Shown one piece after another: positions 52,009 to 59,787 of a stretch of DNA of 64,000 bases. Made by a program: the position numbers and the translations under genes. The notes under the pieces are model-generated. The model was not told the origin of the DNA and made no database searches. It saw nothing but the letters and a program-made list of their open reading frames with translations. The DNA comes from an uncultured Bacteroidales bacterium. Its GTDB lineage: Bacteria; Bacteroidota; Bacteroidia; Bacteroidales; DTU049. The stretch spans positions 62,864 through 126,863 of the forward strand of contig CAZGIW010000001.1 in NCBI GenBank assembly GCA_964526285.1. The letters are read 5' to 3'. The first letter of the stretch is position 1; each line of letters starts with the position of its first letter.

Positions 52009-52063
52009 CTTGTCTCCATAACGTACTTTTTTCATTGTACTCATATGGAGACAAGTTTTTTTA
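52009..52063 (+). terminator. Rho-independent terminator
   Basis: ACTTGTCTCCAT (52009-20) pairs with ATGGAGACAAGT (52046-57), followed by TTTTTTT. Confidence 0.7.
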
Positions 52064-52076
52064 ATTTAAGAAAAAC

Positions 52077-53975
52077 ATGAAGAAAAAAAACTCACTTAGA
52101 AATAAATTGCACTATCGTTTTGATAACCTCATGAGCAAAGGAGCAGGTGCAATGATGATTCTGCTTGGAATTATGTCTTTGCTAATCGTGTTTGTTGCCG
52201 GCTTTTCTCTTTGGTCATTAAGAATATCTCCCGATGGAACACAATCTATCAATTTTATAGAATGGCTTTGGATTAGTGTAATGTATGCAATAGACACAGG
52301 GAATGTTGCTGCTAGCGAAGGATGGGAATTCAGAATTATCGGGTTTTTTATTACATTGGGTGGAATTTTCATTATTTCAATGTTAATCGGGGTCATTTCT
52401 ACCGGGATACAGACAAAACTTGAAAACCTCAGAAAAGGACGAAGTTTTGTTATTGAAAGCAATCATACAATTATTCTAGGATGGTCATCAAAGATTTTTT
52501 CAATTATTTCACAACTGATTATTGCCAACGAAAACCAAAGAAGACCCAGAATTGTTGTTCTTGCCAACAAGGATAAGGTGGAAATGGAAGATGAACTGAA
52601 AGATATGATTGCTGATTTTAAAAACACAAAAGTCATCTGCAGAAATGGCAATCCAAACAATATGAAAGATGTGGACATAGTAAATGCAGCTGGCAGCAAA
52701 TCAATTATTGTCCTTTCCGAAGACAGTGAAAATACAGACCCTCAAACAATAAAAACATTGCTGGCAGTTATCAACAATCCTGAAAGAAGAAAAAAACCGT
52801 ATCATATTGTCGCAGAAATAATGTTTCAAAAAAACATTGAAGTTGGCAAAATGGTTGGAAAAAACGAAGTAAAACTTATTCTAAGTGATGATATTATTGC
52901 AAGAATCATGGCACAGACCTGCAGACAAAGCGGACTCAGTGTTGTGTACACTGAACTTATGGGTTTTGCTGGTGATGAAATTTATTTTCATGAAGAACCA
53001 CAACTATTTGGTAAATCATTTGGAGAATGTTTGTTTGCCTATGAAGATTCTTGTGTCATTGGTATTGTAACCAACAATGGACGGTGTGTGCTAAATCCTC
53101 CCGCAGATTATGTTGTGCAAAAGGGGGAGCAATTGATTTTTATTTCAGAAGACGATGATACCATGGTAGTTTCTGACGAAAAAGGTGAAATTGATAAAAC
53201 AAAAATCATCGATAGCCCCGATAATCATCAATCTGCCGAACGTATTCTGGTTTTAGGATGGAACGACAGAGCAAAAACAATTATTCGTGAAATGGATAAA
53301 TATTTAATGAAAGGTTCTTATATGAAAGTTGTTTCTGCTCTTGAAGAATGTAAAGAAACCATAGCTGACATATCAAAATCTTTGAAAAATATTGAACTTC
53401 ATTCATACATTGCCGACACAACATCAAGAGGGGTGCTTGACAGCATTGATATAACAGCCTTTGATTCAGTCATTGTGTTGTGTTATGCCGGACATATGGA
53501 TGCAGATCAGGCTGATTCACAAACACTGATTACACTGCTTCACCTAAGGCGCATTTGTGATGAAACAGGAAAGCAAGTAAAAATTGTCAGCGAAATGCTG
53601 AATGTTGAAAACAGAGACCTGGCAGTAGTGACCAAGGCAGATGATTTTATTGTGAGTGACAAACTGATTAGTTTGCTGATGGCACAGATTTCGGAGAATC
53701 AAAAACTTTCAGAAGTATTTAATGACCTGTTTGATGAAGAAGGCTGTGAGATTTATCTTAAACCAGTGACAGATTTTATTGAAATAAATGATAAAGTGAA
53801 TTTTTATACCCTTTTGGAAAGCGCAAAACAAAAAAACCAGATTGCCATAGGATATTTAATCCATTCACAATTTCATATGCCGAAAAAAGGCTATGGGGTG
53901 GTTCTGAACCCTGCTAAATCAGATCAAATTTTGTTTACAGAACAGGATAAATTGATTGTGATTGCAGAGGATTAG
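52077..53975 (+). CDS. CASTOR/POLLUX-like cation channel with tandem RCK (TrkA-N-like) domains
   Basis: 632 aa. N-terminal TM helices and a pore-like segment (MYAIDTGNVAAS), then two Rossmann-like regions (HTIILGWS..., RILVLGWNDRA...). Confidence 0.55.
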   Translation: MKKKNSLRNKLHYRFDNLMSKGAGAMMILLGIMSLLIVFVAGFSLWSLRISPDGTQSINFIEWLWISVMYAIDTGNVAASEGWEFRIIGFFITLGGIFIISMLIGVISTGIQTKLENLRKGRSFVIESNHTIILGWSSKIFSIISQLIIANENQRRPRIVVLANKDKVEMEDELKDMIADFKNTKVICRNGNPNNMKDVDIVNAAGSKSIIVLSEDSENTDPQTIKTLLAVINNPERRKKPYHIVAEIMFQKNIEVGKMVGKNEVKLILSDDIIARIMAQTCRQSGLSVVYTELMGFAGDEIYFHEEPQLFGKSFGECLFAYEDSCVIGIVTNNGRCVLNPPADYVVQKGEQLIFISEDDDTMVVSDEKGEIDKTKIIDSPDNHQSAERILVLGWNDRAKTIIREMDKYLMKGSYMKVVSALEECKETIADISKSLKNIELHSYIADTTSRGVLDSIDITAFDSVIVLCYAGHMDADQADSQTLITLLHLRRICDETGKQVKIVSEMLNVENRDLAVVTKADDFIVSDKLISLLMAQISENQKLSEVFNDLFDEEGCEIYLKPVTDFIEINDKVNFYTLLESAKQKNQIAIGYLIHSQFHMPKKGYGVVLNPAKSDQILFTEQDKLIVIAED

Positions 53976-54040
53976 GGTTTTTTGTAACTGTTCTGTAAAT
54001 ATAATTTTTGTTACAGCTCACCAATTTATCACTATTTGAG

Positions 54041-54178
54041 GCTGTCTCAAAACGCTCATTTTTTGATTTTCATCGACTTATTTGCCCCTTCCCTTAAGGG
54101 AGTAAGTCGCTGAAAATCAGCGTACACCCTAAAGTTGGGGCAATAATAATTTCCGGTAGATGTTGGTTTTGAGACAGC
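54041..54178. other. 138-bp structured element bounded by a perfect 13-bp inverted repeat (MITE-like or ncRNA)
   Basis: GCTGTCTCAAAAC (54041-53) and GTTTTGAGACAGC (54166-78). Internal stems: CGACTTA/TAAGTCG, palindrome TCCCTTAAGGGA, CGCTGA-AAA-TCAGCG, TTGCCCC/GGGGCAA. Confidence 0.5.
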
Positions 54179-54401
54179 TGCAACAGAAAACAAGTTTTCT
54201 TTACTGCTGATTCAAAACAAACATAGCCTTTTGTATTGCTGAAAATTTGTACAAACACAAATAATAGTACTGAACAGGTACTAATTTTTCATTACTGACC
54301 GAAAAACAAGTAAAATTTTGGGAACTGAAATCAATTCATGTATTTATGATAATCAGCCTTTCAGTAGGGTGTTTTTATTGAAATCTGTTGCAGGGAGGGA
54401 G

Positions 54402-54445
54402 GCATGGTCTTATATGTCAGCCGTTTGCTTGATTGGTGGCTGGCT
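54402..54445 (-). repeat. Junction module copy F (3-prime half only; array terminus)
   Basis: Directly after the stop of ORF 54446: AGCCAGCCACCAATCAAGCAAACGGCTGACATATAAGACCATGCC. It aligns with the post-stop halves of copies A and B (GCCAGCTAATCAAG..ACGGCTGA) but lacks the ACTCAAC box and the promoter. Confidence 0.6.
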
Positions 54446-55024
54446 TTATTCTTCTTTTAATGTTGTTCCTAATATTTTTATCGTTTTAGAAAGTTCAATA
54501 AATGAAGGAAAAAGTTCTTTAAATTCAACTTTATCCTCTGTTGATAATACTGCTGTAACAATTGTATTCTTGCATTCAATAATTAGTATTACTTCATTTC
54601 TTCCATTCGGATATTCATAAGTAATCGTCATATAATTTCCAGTCAAATAGTCATCACTTTTGATGTTGTCAAATTTTTGATTTAAAGTATCTATTTTTAC
54701 TTCCCTAAATTTGTCTGATATGTAATCGTTATTTCCTTTTATCCAAGCATTTAATTCAGGTGTGCTATTATAGTCAATACCATAAACATACATATAAGTT
54801 TCAGAACTTGCTTCTCTATCAGGCTTTATAAAAAAAGGCAATTGGTCATTTTGAGCTTGTAGCCAATCTTTAGGAATATCAACAAAAATTGTGTGATTAT
54901 GTCCAACTACCATTTTAGATTGTCCGAAGTTCTGTCCGATAAATAGAATTGTCAAGATTAATATTGATGTGAGTTTCTTCATCGTGACTATGTTTTTTGG
55001 GTTATGTCTTGTGCTTCTGTTCAT
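54446..55024 (-). CDS. Hypothetical secreted protein (second gene of a two-gene cassette)
   Basis: 192 aa. Hydrophobic signal segment (MKKLTSILILTILFIGQNFGQ). The ATG at 55024 overlaps the upstream stop (ATGA). An alternative ATG lies at 54982. Confidence 0.45.
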   Translation of the reverse strand: MNRSTRHNPKNIVTMKKLTSILILTILFIGQNFGQSKMVVGHNHTIFVDIPKDWLQAQNDQLPFFIKPDREASSETYMYVYGIDYNSTPELNAWIKGNNDYISDKFREVKIDTLNQKFDNIKSDDYLTGNYMTITYEYPNGRNEVILIIECKNTIVTAVLSTEDKVEFKELFPSFIELSKTIKILGTTLKEE

Positions 55025-56283
55025 AGTTTAATTCTTGCTAATTTTTTAAGCCCTTCTTTGTATTCATCAAATGTTGCATTAATTCCGTTTATCAAAAGCT
55101 TATAGAGGCCTTCTACATCTTTTTTCCCTAAATCGACTAATTTGTAGCTTTCACTGGTCCATACACATGTCCAGTTCCACCAATGCTTATTAGTGCCAAA
55201 GCTTTCAGGCAGCTTAAACATGCTAAGTGTTTTATTTCTATGTGCTTGCTTATCATATGTGTTATATCTCTTATCATAAAAACCAACCATAAGTCTTAAA
55301 GAAAAGAAATCATCAATATCTGGTTTTGTTTGTTCAGAATGGAGCATGTATAAACCATGAAAACCATTCTTGTTGCCAATATTGTACAACTCAGGAATGT
55401 AAATTTTAAATTCCTTTGGGGTATTACTTTTTTCAGGATGGTATTTAAAAAAGATATTATTTAAACTAAAAGGCAAATTATTTGATGCCATAATTCGAGT
55501 TTCAATTTCATCAAAAACGTTTTTAACATTTGGGGTGTATTGGTTTATAAGCTTTATTGCTAGTCTGTTCTCTTTATCAAAATAAAGTTCTTTAACTAAT
55601 TCAGAGATTTCTTTTTCCATTTTTTGATTGTTGGTTAATTTATCAATGTGGTTTTTAAGTATTTCTAAAAACAATTCTCCTTGACCTTTCGAATTCAATA
55701 ATAATTGTTCGCAAACATTTGAAAGCACTCTGTATGAAACAGAAACACAAGGGCATTTTTTGTTTTCATCGCTTGTTTGAGCCAATATCCCTTCAGGCGT
55801 AAGATAAATTAGCAATTTAGAAATATTCTGAAACGAAAAACATAAAGAATTTTGATAATCTCTTATTTGGTCATTCTGTTCGCCACTATCAACTTTGTTT
55901 TCAATTCCTACAACAGCTTTGATTTTTCCTTTTTGGTCCGTGATTTTTAAAAGAATATCCAGCCTTCTTGAACTCTCTGTACTCCATTCTGTAATACAAG
56001 TTATTCTAGTTCCTTCTTCTTTTGGCAAGGATTTAGAAAAACTCATTAATTCTGGTAGTTGTTGCATCAATACCCTGAAAGCAGATTGACCAAGACCATG
56101 GTTTTGATTGGAGTCAAGCAAATAAGCAAAAAGCTTTGACCAAGCCATTTCGTCAATTAATTCGTTGAAAACTGTTAATAAATCGAATTTTCTTTGACTT
56201 TCATGAATTAGCATGCCAACTTCCTGAAGGTTTTTAAATTCAGACGTTTCAGTTAATTTATTTATAAGTGTTGTATCATTCAT
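55021..56283 (-). CDS. PD-(D/E)XK nuclease-family protein
   Basis: 420 aa. Core RRLDILLK...VVGIENKVDSGEQNDQIRDY gives a D...E-x-K restriction-endonuclease-like motif followed by a Q..R.Y helix. The C-terminal region is unrecognised. Confidence 0.55.
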   Translation of the reverse strand: MNDTTLINKLTETSEFKNLQEVGMLIHESQRKFDLLTVFNELIDEMAWSKLFAYLLDSNQNHGLGQSAFRVLMQQLPELMSFSKSLPKEEGTRITCITEWSTESSRRLDILLKITDQKGKIKAVVGIENKVDSGEQNDQIRDYQNSLCFSFQNISKLLIYLTPEGILAQTSDENKKCPCVSVSYRVLSNVCEQLLLNSKGQGELFLEILKNHIDKLTNNQKMEKEISELVKELYFDKENRLAIKLINQYTPNVKNVFDEIETRIMASNNLPFSLNNIFFKYHPEKSNTPKEFKIYIPELYNIGNKNGFHGLYMLHSEQTKPDIDDFFSLRLMVGFYDKRYNTYDKQAHRNKTLSMFKLPESFGTNKHWWNWTCVWTSESYKLVDLGKKDVEGLYKLLINGINATFDEYKEGLKKLARIKL

Positions 56284-56487
56284 TCCTGATGTTGTCTTTT
56301 ATCATAAGGGATAACCATCCAGTGCTTCATTCAACATTTCCCTCACAAAAATAAACAAATTCCCTAAACCCCATCATAAAAATTATTCAACTGGCGGAAA
56401 GTGATAATGATGAGTGTGCATGGTTGAGTGCTTGCGGTTGTTTGACTGTCAGCTGTATGCCCGATTAGCGGTTCGTGCTTTATTCTT
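56284..56487 (-). repeat. Junction module copy A (full)
   Basis: Contains GCTAATC, CAGCTGACAGTCAAAC, the ACTCAAC box (plus strand GTTGAGT 56423-29), a hairpin with loop TTTCCGCCAGTTGA, a -7 box, the GTTGAAT box (plus strand ATTCAAC 56329-35), and ATGAAGCAC. Confidence 0.75.
56346..56353 (-). promoter_or_regulatory. Bacteroidetes -7 promoter box TATTTTTG (module A)
   Basis: Matches TAnnTTTG. It lies 15 nt upstream of the conserved ATG at 56330. Confidence 0.5.
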
Positions 56488-56868
56488 CTATTCATTGTAA
56501 ATACTCGCAAACTCTTTCCAAAGAATTAATGAATCGTTTACTAAATCATATTCATAAATTTCTTTGGTTAAACTGTCAACGAAAATCAATTTGTCTGTCA
56601 CATATCTGCATTCAAAACTATGTCCAATTTTGACCATTGCATAATTTCTTTCATTTCGTTTTGTTATCTCTTTTATGTAAGTTACAGGGTGTCCGTCAAC
56701 TTGCGTCAAACGTTCTTTGTTGCTTTCCAAATATTTAATTATGTATTCGTCTGCCCATAGTGCCACTTCTGGAATAGTGTCTACTTGTGGATTGTCTAAC
56801 TTTTTTCCTGTCGTGTTTGAGCAAGATGTCAAAAAAAATACTGACAATATGTAAAGTAAATGTTTCAT
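56488..56868 (-). CDS. Hypothetical lipoprotein (cassette)
   Basis: Lipobox MKHLLYILSVFFLTSCS at ATG 56868. The in-frame upstream ATG at 56913 lies in the conserved module. Confidence 0.5.
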   Translation of the reverse strand: MKHLLYILSVFFLTSCSNTTGKKLDNPQVDTIPEVALWADEYIIKYLESNKERLTQVDGHPVTYIKEITKRNERNYAMVKIGHSFECRYVTDKLIFVDSLTKEIYEYDLVNDSLILWKEFASIYNE

Positions 56869-57058
56869 CGTTTCTGTCGTTCTAAAATGACCGCTAACTT
56901 CCAAGTGCTTCATTCAACGTTTTCACAACAAAAATAAACAAACTTTTCAAATTCAAATTAAAAACTCCTCAATTGGCAGAAAAGGATTGAGAAGTTTGCA
57001 TCGTTGAGTGCTTGTTGATGTTTGACCATCAGCCGTCTACTTGATTAGCTGGCGTATT
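56869..57058 (-). repeat. Junction module copy B (full)
   Basis: Best-conserved copy. Plus-strand ATTCAAC at 56912-18 and GTTGAGT at 57003-09. Inner pair CAAACTTTTCAA / TTGAGAAGTTTG. Loop CTCAATTGGCAGAAAAGGATTGAG. Confidence 0.75.
56929..56936 (-). promoter_or_regulatory. Bacteroidetes -7 promoter box TATTTTTG (module B)
   Basis: TAnnTTTG match with TTTG motifs upstream, 15 nt upstream of the conserved ATG at 56913. Confidence 0.5.
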
Positions 57059-58900
57059 TTATTCATCATCAAAGCGGTCTCCTTTTATTAATTCACCTTC
57101 TTTATAATTTGCCTTTTTTACAATATCGCCATTATCATTCCACTCTATCCATTTTCCAATTCGTTTACCTGCAGTATAATTGCCTTCTCTAAATTTTTTA
57201 CCATTCTCAAACCATATTGTCATCAAACCGTCTTCAATATCATTTTTATAGTTTATTTCAGCCATCTTTTGGATTGGAATATCCTCATCTGACTGAGCTG
57301 TCAATGACCAGCCAGCTAAATCACCACTAGTAAAATCTAATGGAACATTTTGTTTTCCACTTGGATACCATAATATCCATTTCCCATTTTTTGTATTCTG
57401 ATAATATTCGCCTTCACTTTCAATTGCACCATTATCATAGAATGTTTTCCATAATCCATGATATGCTCCATTAATCATTTGTCCAGTTTCCATTACAACG
57501 CCATTCTCATAATAAAAAGAAAAAACACCGTTAAAAATTCCATCTTTTAGTTCTCCTTCAGTTCTATAATTTCCATTTATCCAAAACTCATAAAATTTCC
57601 CAGTATATGGTTCATTTTTATAATATATCAATTCTTTTTTCCACGTTAAAGACAGTCCATTCATTAATTGTATGCGGCTATAAAATAGTTGAGATTTAAC
57701 TCTATTAATAAAATAGTCCTTGTTTTTAACTTTATTTTCGGAACCTGTAATGATTCTATAATTCTCATCAGTTGTAAAATCTTGTTCGTTTTTACCTACT
57801 TTGATTTCATACTTTTGACCTAAAAAGGAAAATACAGATGTAACAAATTCATCATCTTCTGTGATTATCATATTTTGCAAAGAACTATCAAGTTTGGTAA
57901 TAAAAACGTTATTATCATAATGTGAAGCTACTAAATTTACAAGCCTTTGATTTGCTTTCATATACTGTTGTTCTCTAACTCCACTGCCAAAGTAGGTTAT
58001 TATAAAAGTTAAGTTTTCTTTTACTGCTTTATCGAATTGTTCCATTTTTTCATACAGAAAAACATACCATTCTAAGATATGGATGTCATGTTTAAGTCTA
58101 TGAGCATTTGAGTAAGTATAAAAGGGATAGGTTTTTTCTTTATTTAACCATTCAAGTGATTTTTCCCAATCTCCTCTATACTCAAACACATATGCCATAC
58201 CCTGGCATGCTTTGTTTTTGAAGTTGGCAAGTGGATATGCAAAATTACCTGTTTCCATACTGTCAACTAGGTCTGAATTTAAAATTCTGAGATACCAATT
58301 TTCAGCATTTTCATAATCTTTTGACCAGAGATAACTGTCAGCAATAATCAAAGATAATTGCCCGTATCTTAGTCCAGTAGTGTCTTTTACAATAGACAAC
58401 CCCCGTTTAGCATAATCAATTGCTTTTTTATAATTTTTCTGATGATAATTATTGATTGCATTATTATATGCTTCATCTATCTTAATAAGTGCTTCATTAA
58501 TTAAAACATTTTCAATTTTCACACAAGAATTATCGCAACCTTCAATAATATCAATGTAATCATTAATATTATTTATAGGTTGAAAATGCAAACTAAATTT
58601 TATAGAATCATGGTCAAATTTATAAGAATCAGGACAGATTTTCATTCCTTCTGTTTTTAAAAGCTTGTATGTTTTACTGTCAGATTTTCCAATAATATAG
58701 TAAGAAGTATCAACACAAAACCATCCTTCATCTGCATAAATTGAAAAATATATGACAGTTTCAGTTGTTGACATAACAACTCTTTCAATTTTTAAATCTT
58801 TATGTGTTGTTTTATCAAATGGGGGGTCTACAATAATAGTTTGACAAATTACTGTTCCTACAATAAGAGAGGTAATTAAAAATAAAATAGTTCTTTTCAT
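57059..58900 (-). CDS. Secreted TPR plus MORN-variant/YwqK-like repeat protein (cassette)
   Basis: 613 aa, signal peptide, central TPR-like helices. The C-terminal 200 aa carry G.W..[FW]Y.NG....EG repeats of the same type as ORF 104..1615. Confidence 0.55.
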   Translation of the reverse strand: MKRTILFLITSLIVGTVICQTIIVDPPFDKTTHKDLKIERVVMSTTETVIYFSIYADEGWFCVDTSYYIIGKSDSKTYKLLKTEGMKICPDSYKFDHDSIKFSLHFQPINNINDYIDIIEGCDNSCVKIENVLINEALIKIDEAYNNAINNYHQKNYKKAIDYAKRGLSIVKDTTGLRYGQLSLIIADSYLWSKDYENAENWYLRILNSDLVDSMETGNFAYPLANFKNKACQGMAYVFEYRGDWEKSLEWLNKEKTYPFYTYSNAHRLKHDIHILEWYVFLYEKMEQFDKAVKENLTFIITYFGSGVREQQYMKANQRLVNLVASHYDNNVFITKLDSSLQNMIITEDDEFVTSVFSFLGQKYEIKVGKNEQDFTTDENYRIITGSENKVKNKDYFINRVKSQLFYSRIQLMNGLSLTWKKELIYYKNEPYTGKFYEFWINGNYRTEGELKDGIFNGVFSFYYENGVVMETGQMINGAYHGLWKTFYDNGAIESEGEYYQNTKNGKWILWYPSGKQNVPLDFTSGDLAGWSLTAQSDEDIPIQKMAEINYKNDIEDGLMTIWFENGKKFREGNYTAGKRIGKWIEWNDNGDIVKKANYKEGELIKGDRFDDE

Positions 58901-59073
58901 TCCTTTATGTTGTTTTTGGTGTTAAATATGCCAGCCAAGGGTTGCGGCTCTGGTTTTGGGCGGGATTTTTCCCCCACTAATCTTTCATACTGCCACGCAA
59001 ATATACAAATAATTCTAATCTGACAAGAAAAGATGAACCCCGCCTAAAACCAAGCTGCGGTTATGCACATGGC
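58901..59073 (-). repeat. Junction module copy E (sequence variant, same architecture)
   Basis: A 24-nt bulged inverted repeat, GTTGCGGCTCTGGTTTTGGGCGGG (58941-64) and CCCCGCCTAAAACCAAGCTGCGGTT (59038-62), flanks a -7 box. Confidence 0.65.
58998..59005 (-). promoter_or_regulatory. Bacteroidetes -7 promoter box TATATTTG (module E)
   Basis: TAnnTTTG match centred between the two arms of the inverted repeat. Confidence 0.45.
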
Positions 59074-59565
59074 CTATTTAATTTTCTTATATCTTGTCAC
59101 TGGTTTTATACCGTATATCTTGTCAAAAACTTGCGCCGATTTGTCTATTTTTACTTTTGTTTTTGAAAAACTTTTTTTCCAAAGATATTTGAGTTTATCC
59201 TTATTAATTATAAACGTGTCTGTCCATTCAGAACCGACGACTTCTCTAGTTGAATAAAAATAAATTCTATTTTTTTTCTTAATCCAAAACCCTGTCTTTG
59301 TCAAAGGTATTGAGCTATCAAATGACCTTGTGTCACTATAATAGTCCTTTTGTTCATATGTCGAGTCTGGGTTGAGTTTAATAAATGATTTAGAATATTT
59401 TATTTCTGTCATGTTCTTAAGTTTGCCGTTCTTAACAGTGGATTTCTTTTGTTTTGTTGTTTCTTCTCCAACATATTTTATTGTGTCAGGTCGGTTGTTG
59501 AGTTGACCATACCCACTTGCTTGTCCAAGAAATAAAACAGTCAATATGAGCAAAATGTTTTTCAT
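59074..59565 (-). CDS. Hypothetical secreted basic protein (cassette)
   Basis: 163 aa, signal peptide MKNILLILTVLFLGQASGYGQ, lysine-rich. Confidence 0.45.
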   Translation of the reverse strand: MKNILLILTVLFLGQASGYGQLNNRPDTIKYVGEETTKQKKSTVKNGKLKNMTEIKYSKSFIKLNPDSTYEQKDYYSDTRSFDSSIPLTKTGFWIKKKNRIYFYSTREVVGSEWTDTFIINKDKLKYLWKKSFSKTKVKIDKSAQVFDKIYGIKPVTRYKKIK

Positions 59566-59787
59566 TCGGTTTTGTTTTTAATTATTGTGCACAACTCATT
59601 TACAAACGAAACACGCTCTCAACAAACCATTCTTTTTTTATTGGTGATAAAGATGCTTGTTTCACCCTCACAAAAATAAACAAAATCTTTAATTGGCAGA
59701 AAGAAATTTGAGATGAGTGCATCGTTGAGAGCTGCTGGATTATTGGGTGTTGGTAGTCTAATCGATTATGCGGTCCGTGCTACGCGG
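59566..59787 (-). repeat. Junction module copy C (full, with insertion)
   Basis: Perfect 9-bp inverted repeat GCTCTCAAC (59615-23) / GTTGAGAGC (59724-32). Conserved AATTGGCAGAAAG loop and CACAAAAATAAACAAA promoter block. Confidence 0.7.
59671..59678 (-). promoter_or_regulatory. Bacteroidetes -7 promoter box TATTTTTG (module C)
   Basis: TAnnTTTG match inside the inverted repeat. Confidence 0.45.

Noticed and set aside
53976-54040. A direct repeat of the tRNA-fMet 3-prime end marking an integrative-element att site at the far island border
   Set aside because: I looked for TAGCGGGGACAGGATTCGAACC-like sequence in 53976-54445 and found none.
54318-54620. ORF 54318..54620 (+)
   Set aside because: It is antisense to the 3-prime end of cassette gene 54446..55024 and to the module F remnant, with no motif support.
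56329-57009. Invertible (phase-variable) promoters flanked by inverted repeats
   Set aside because: In copies A and B the repeats are short and imperfect (about 6-7 bp cores). This is unlike the long, near-perfect inverted repeats of known Bacteroides invertible promoters. All five promoters are in the ON orientation. It is kept only as an alternative to test, mainly for copy E.
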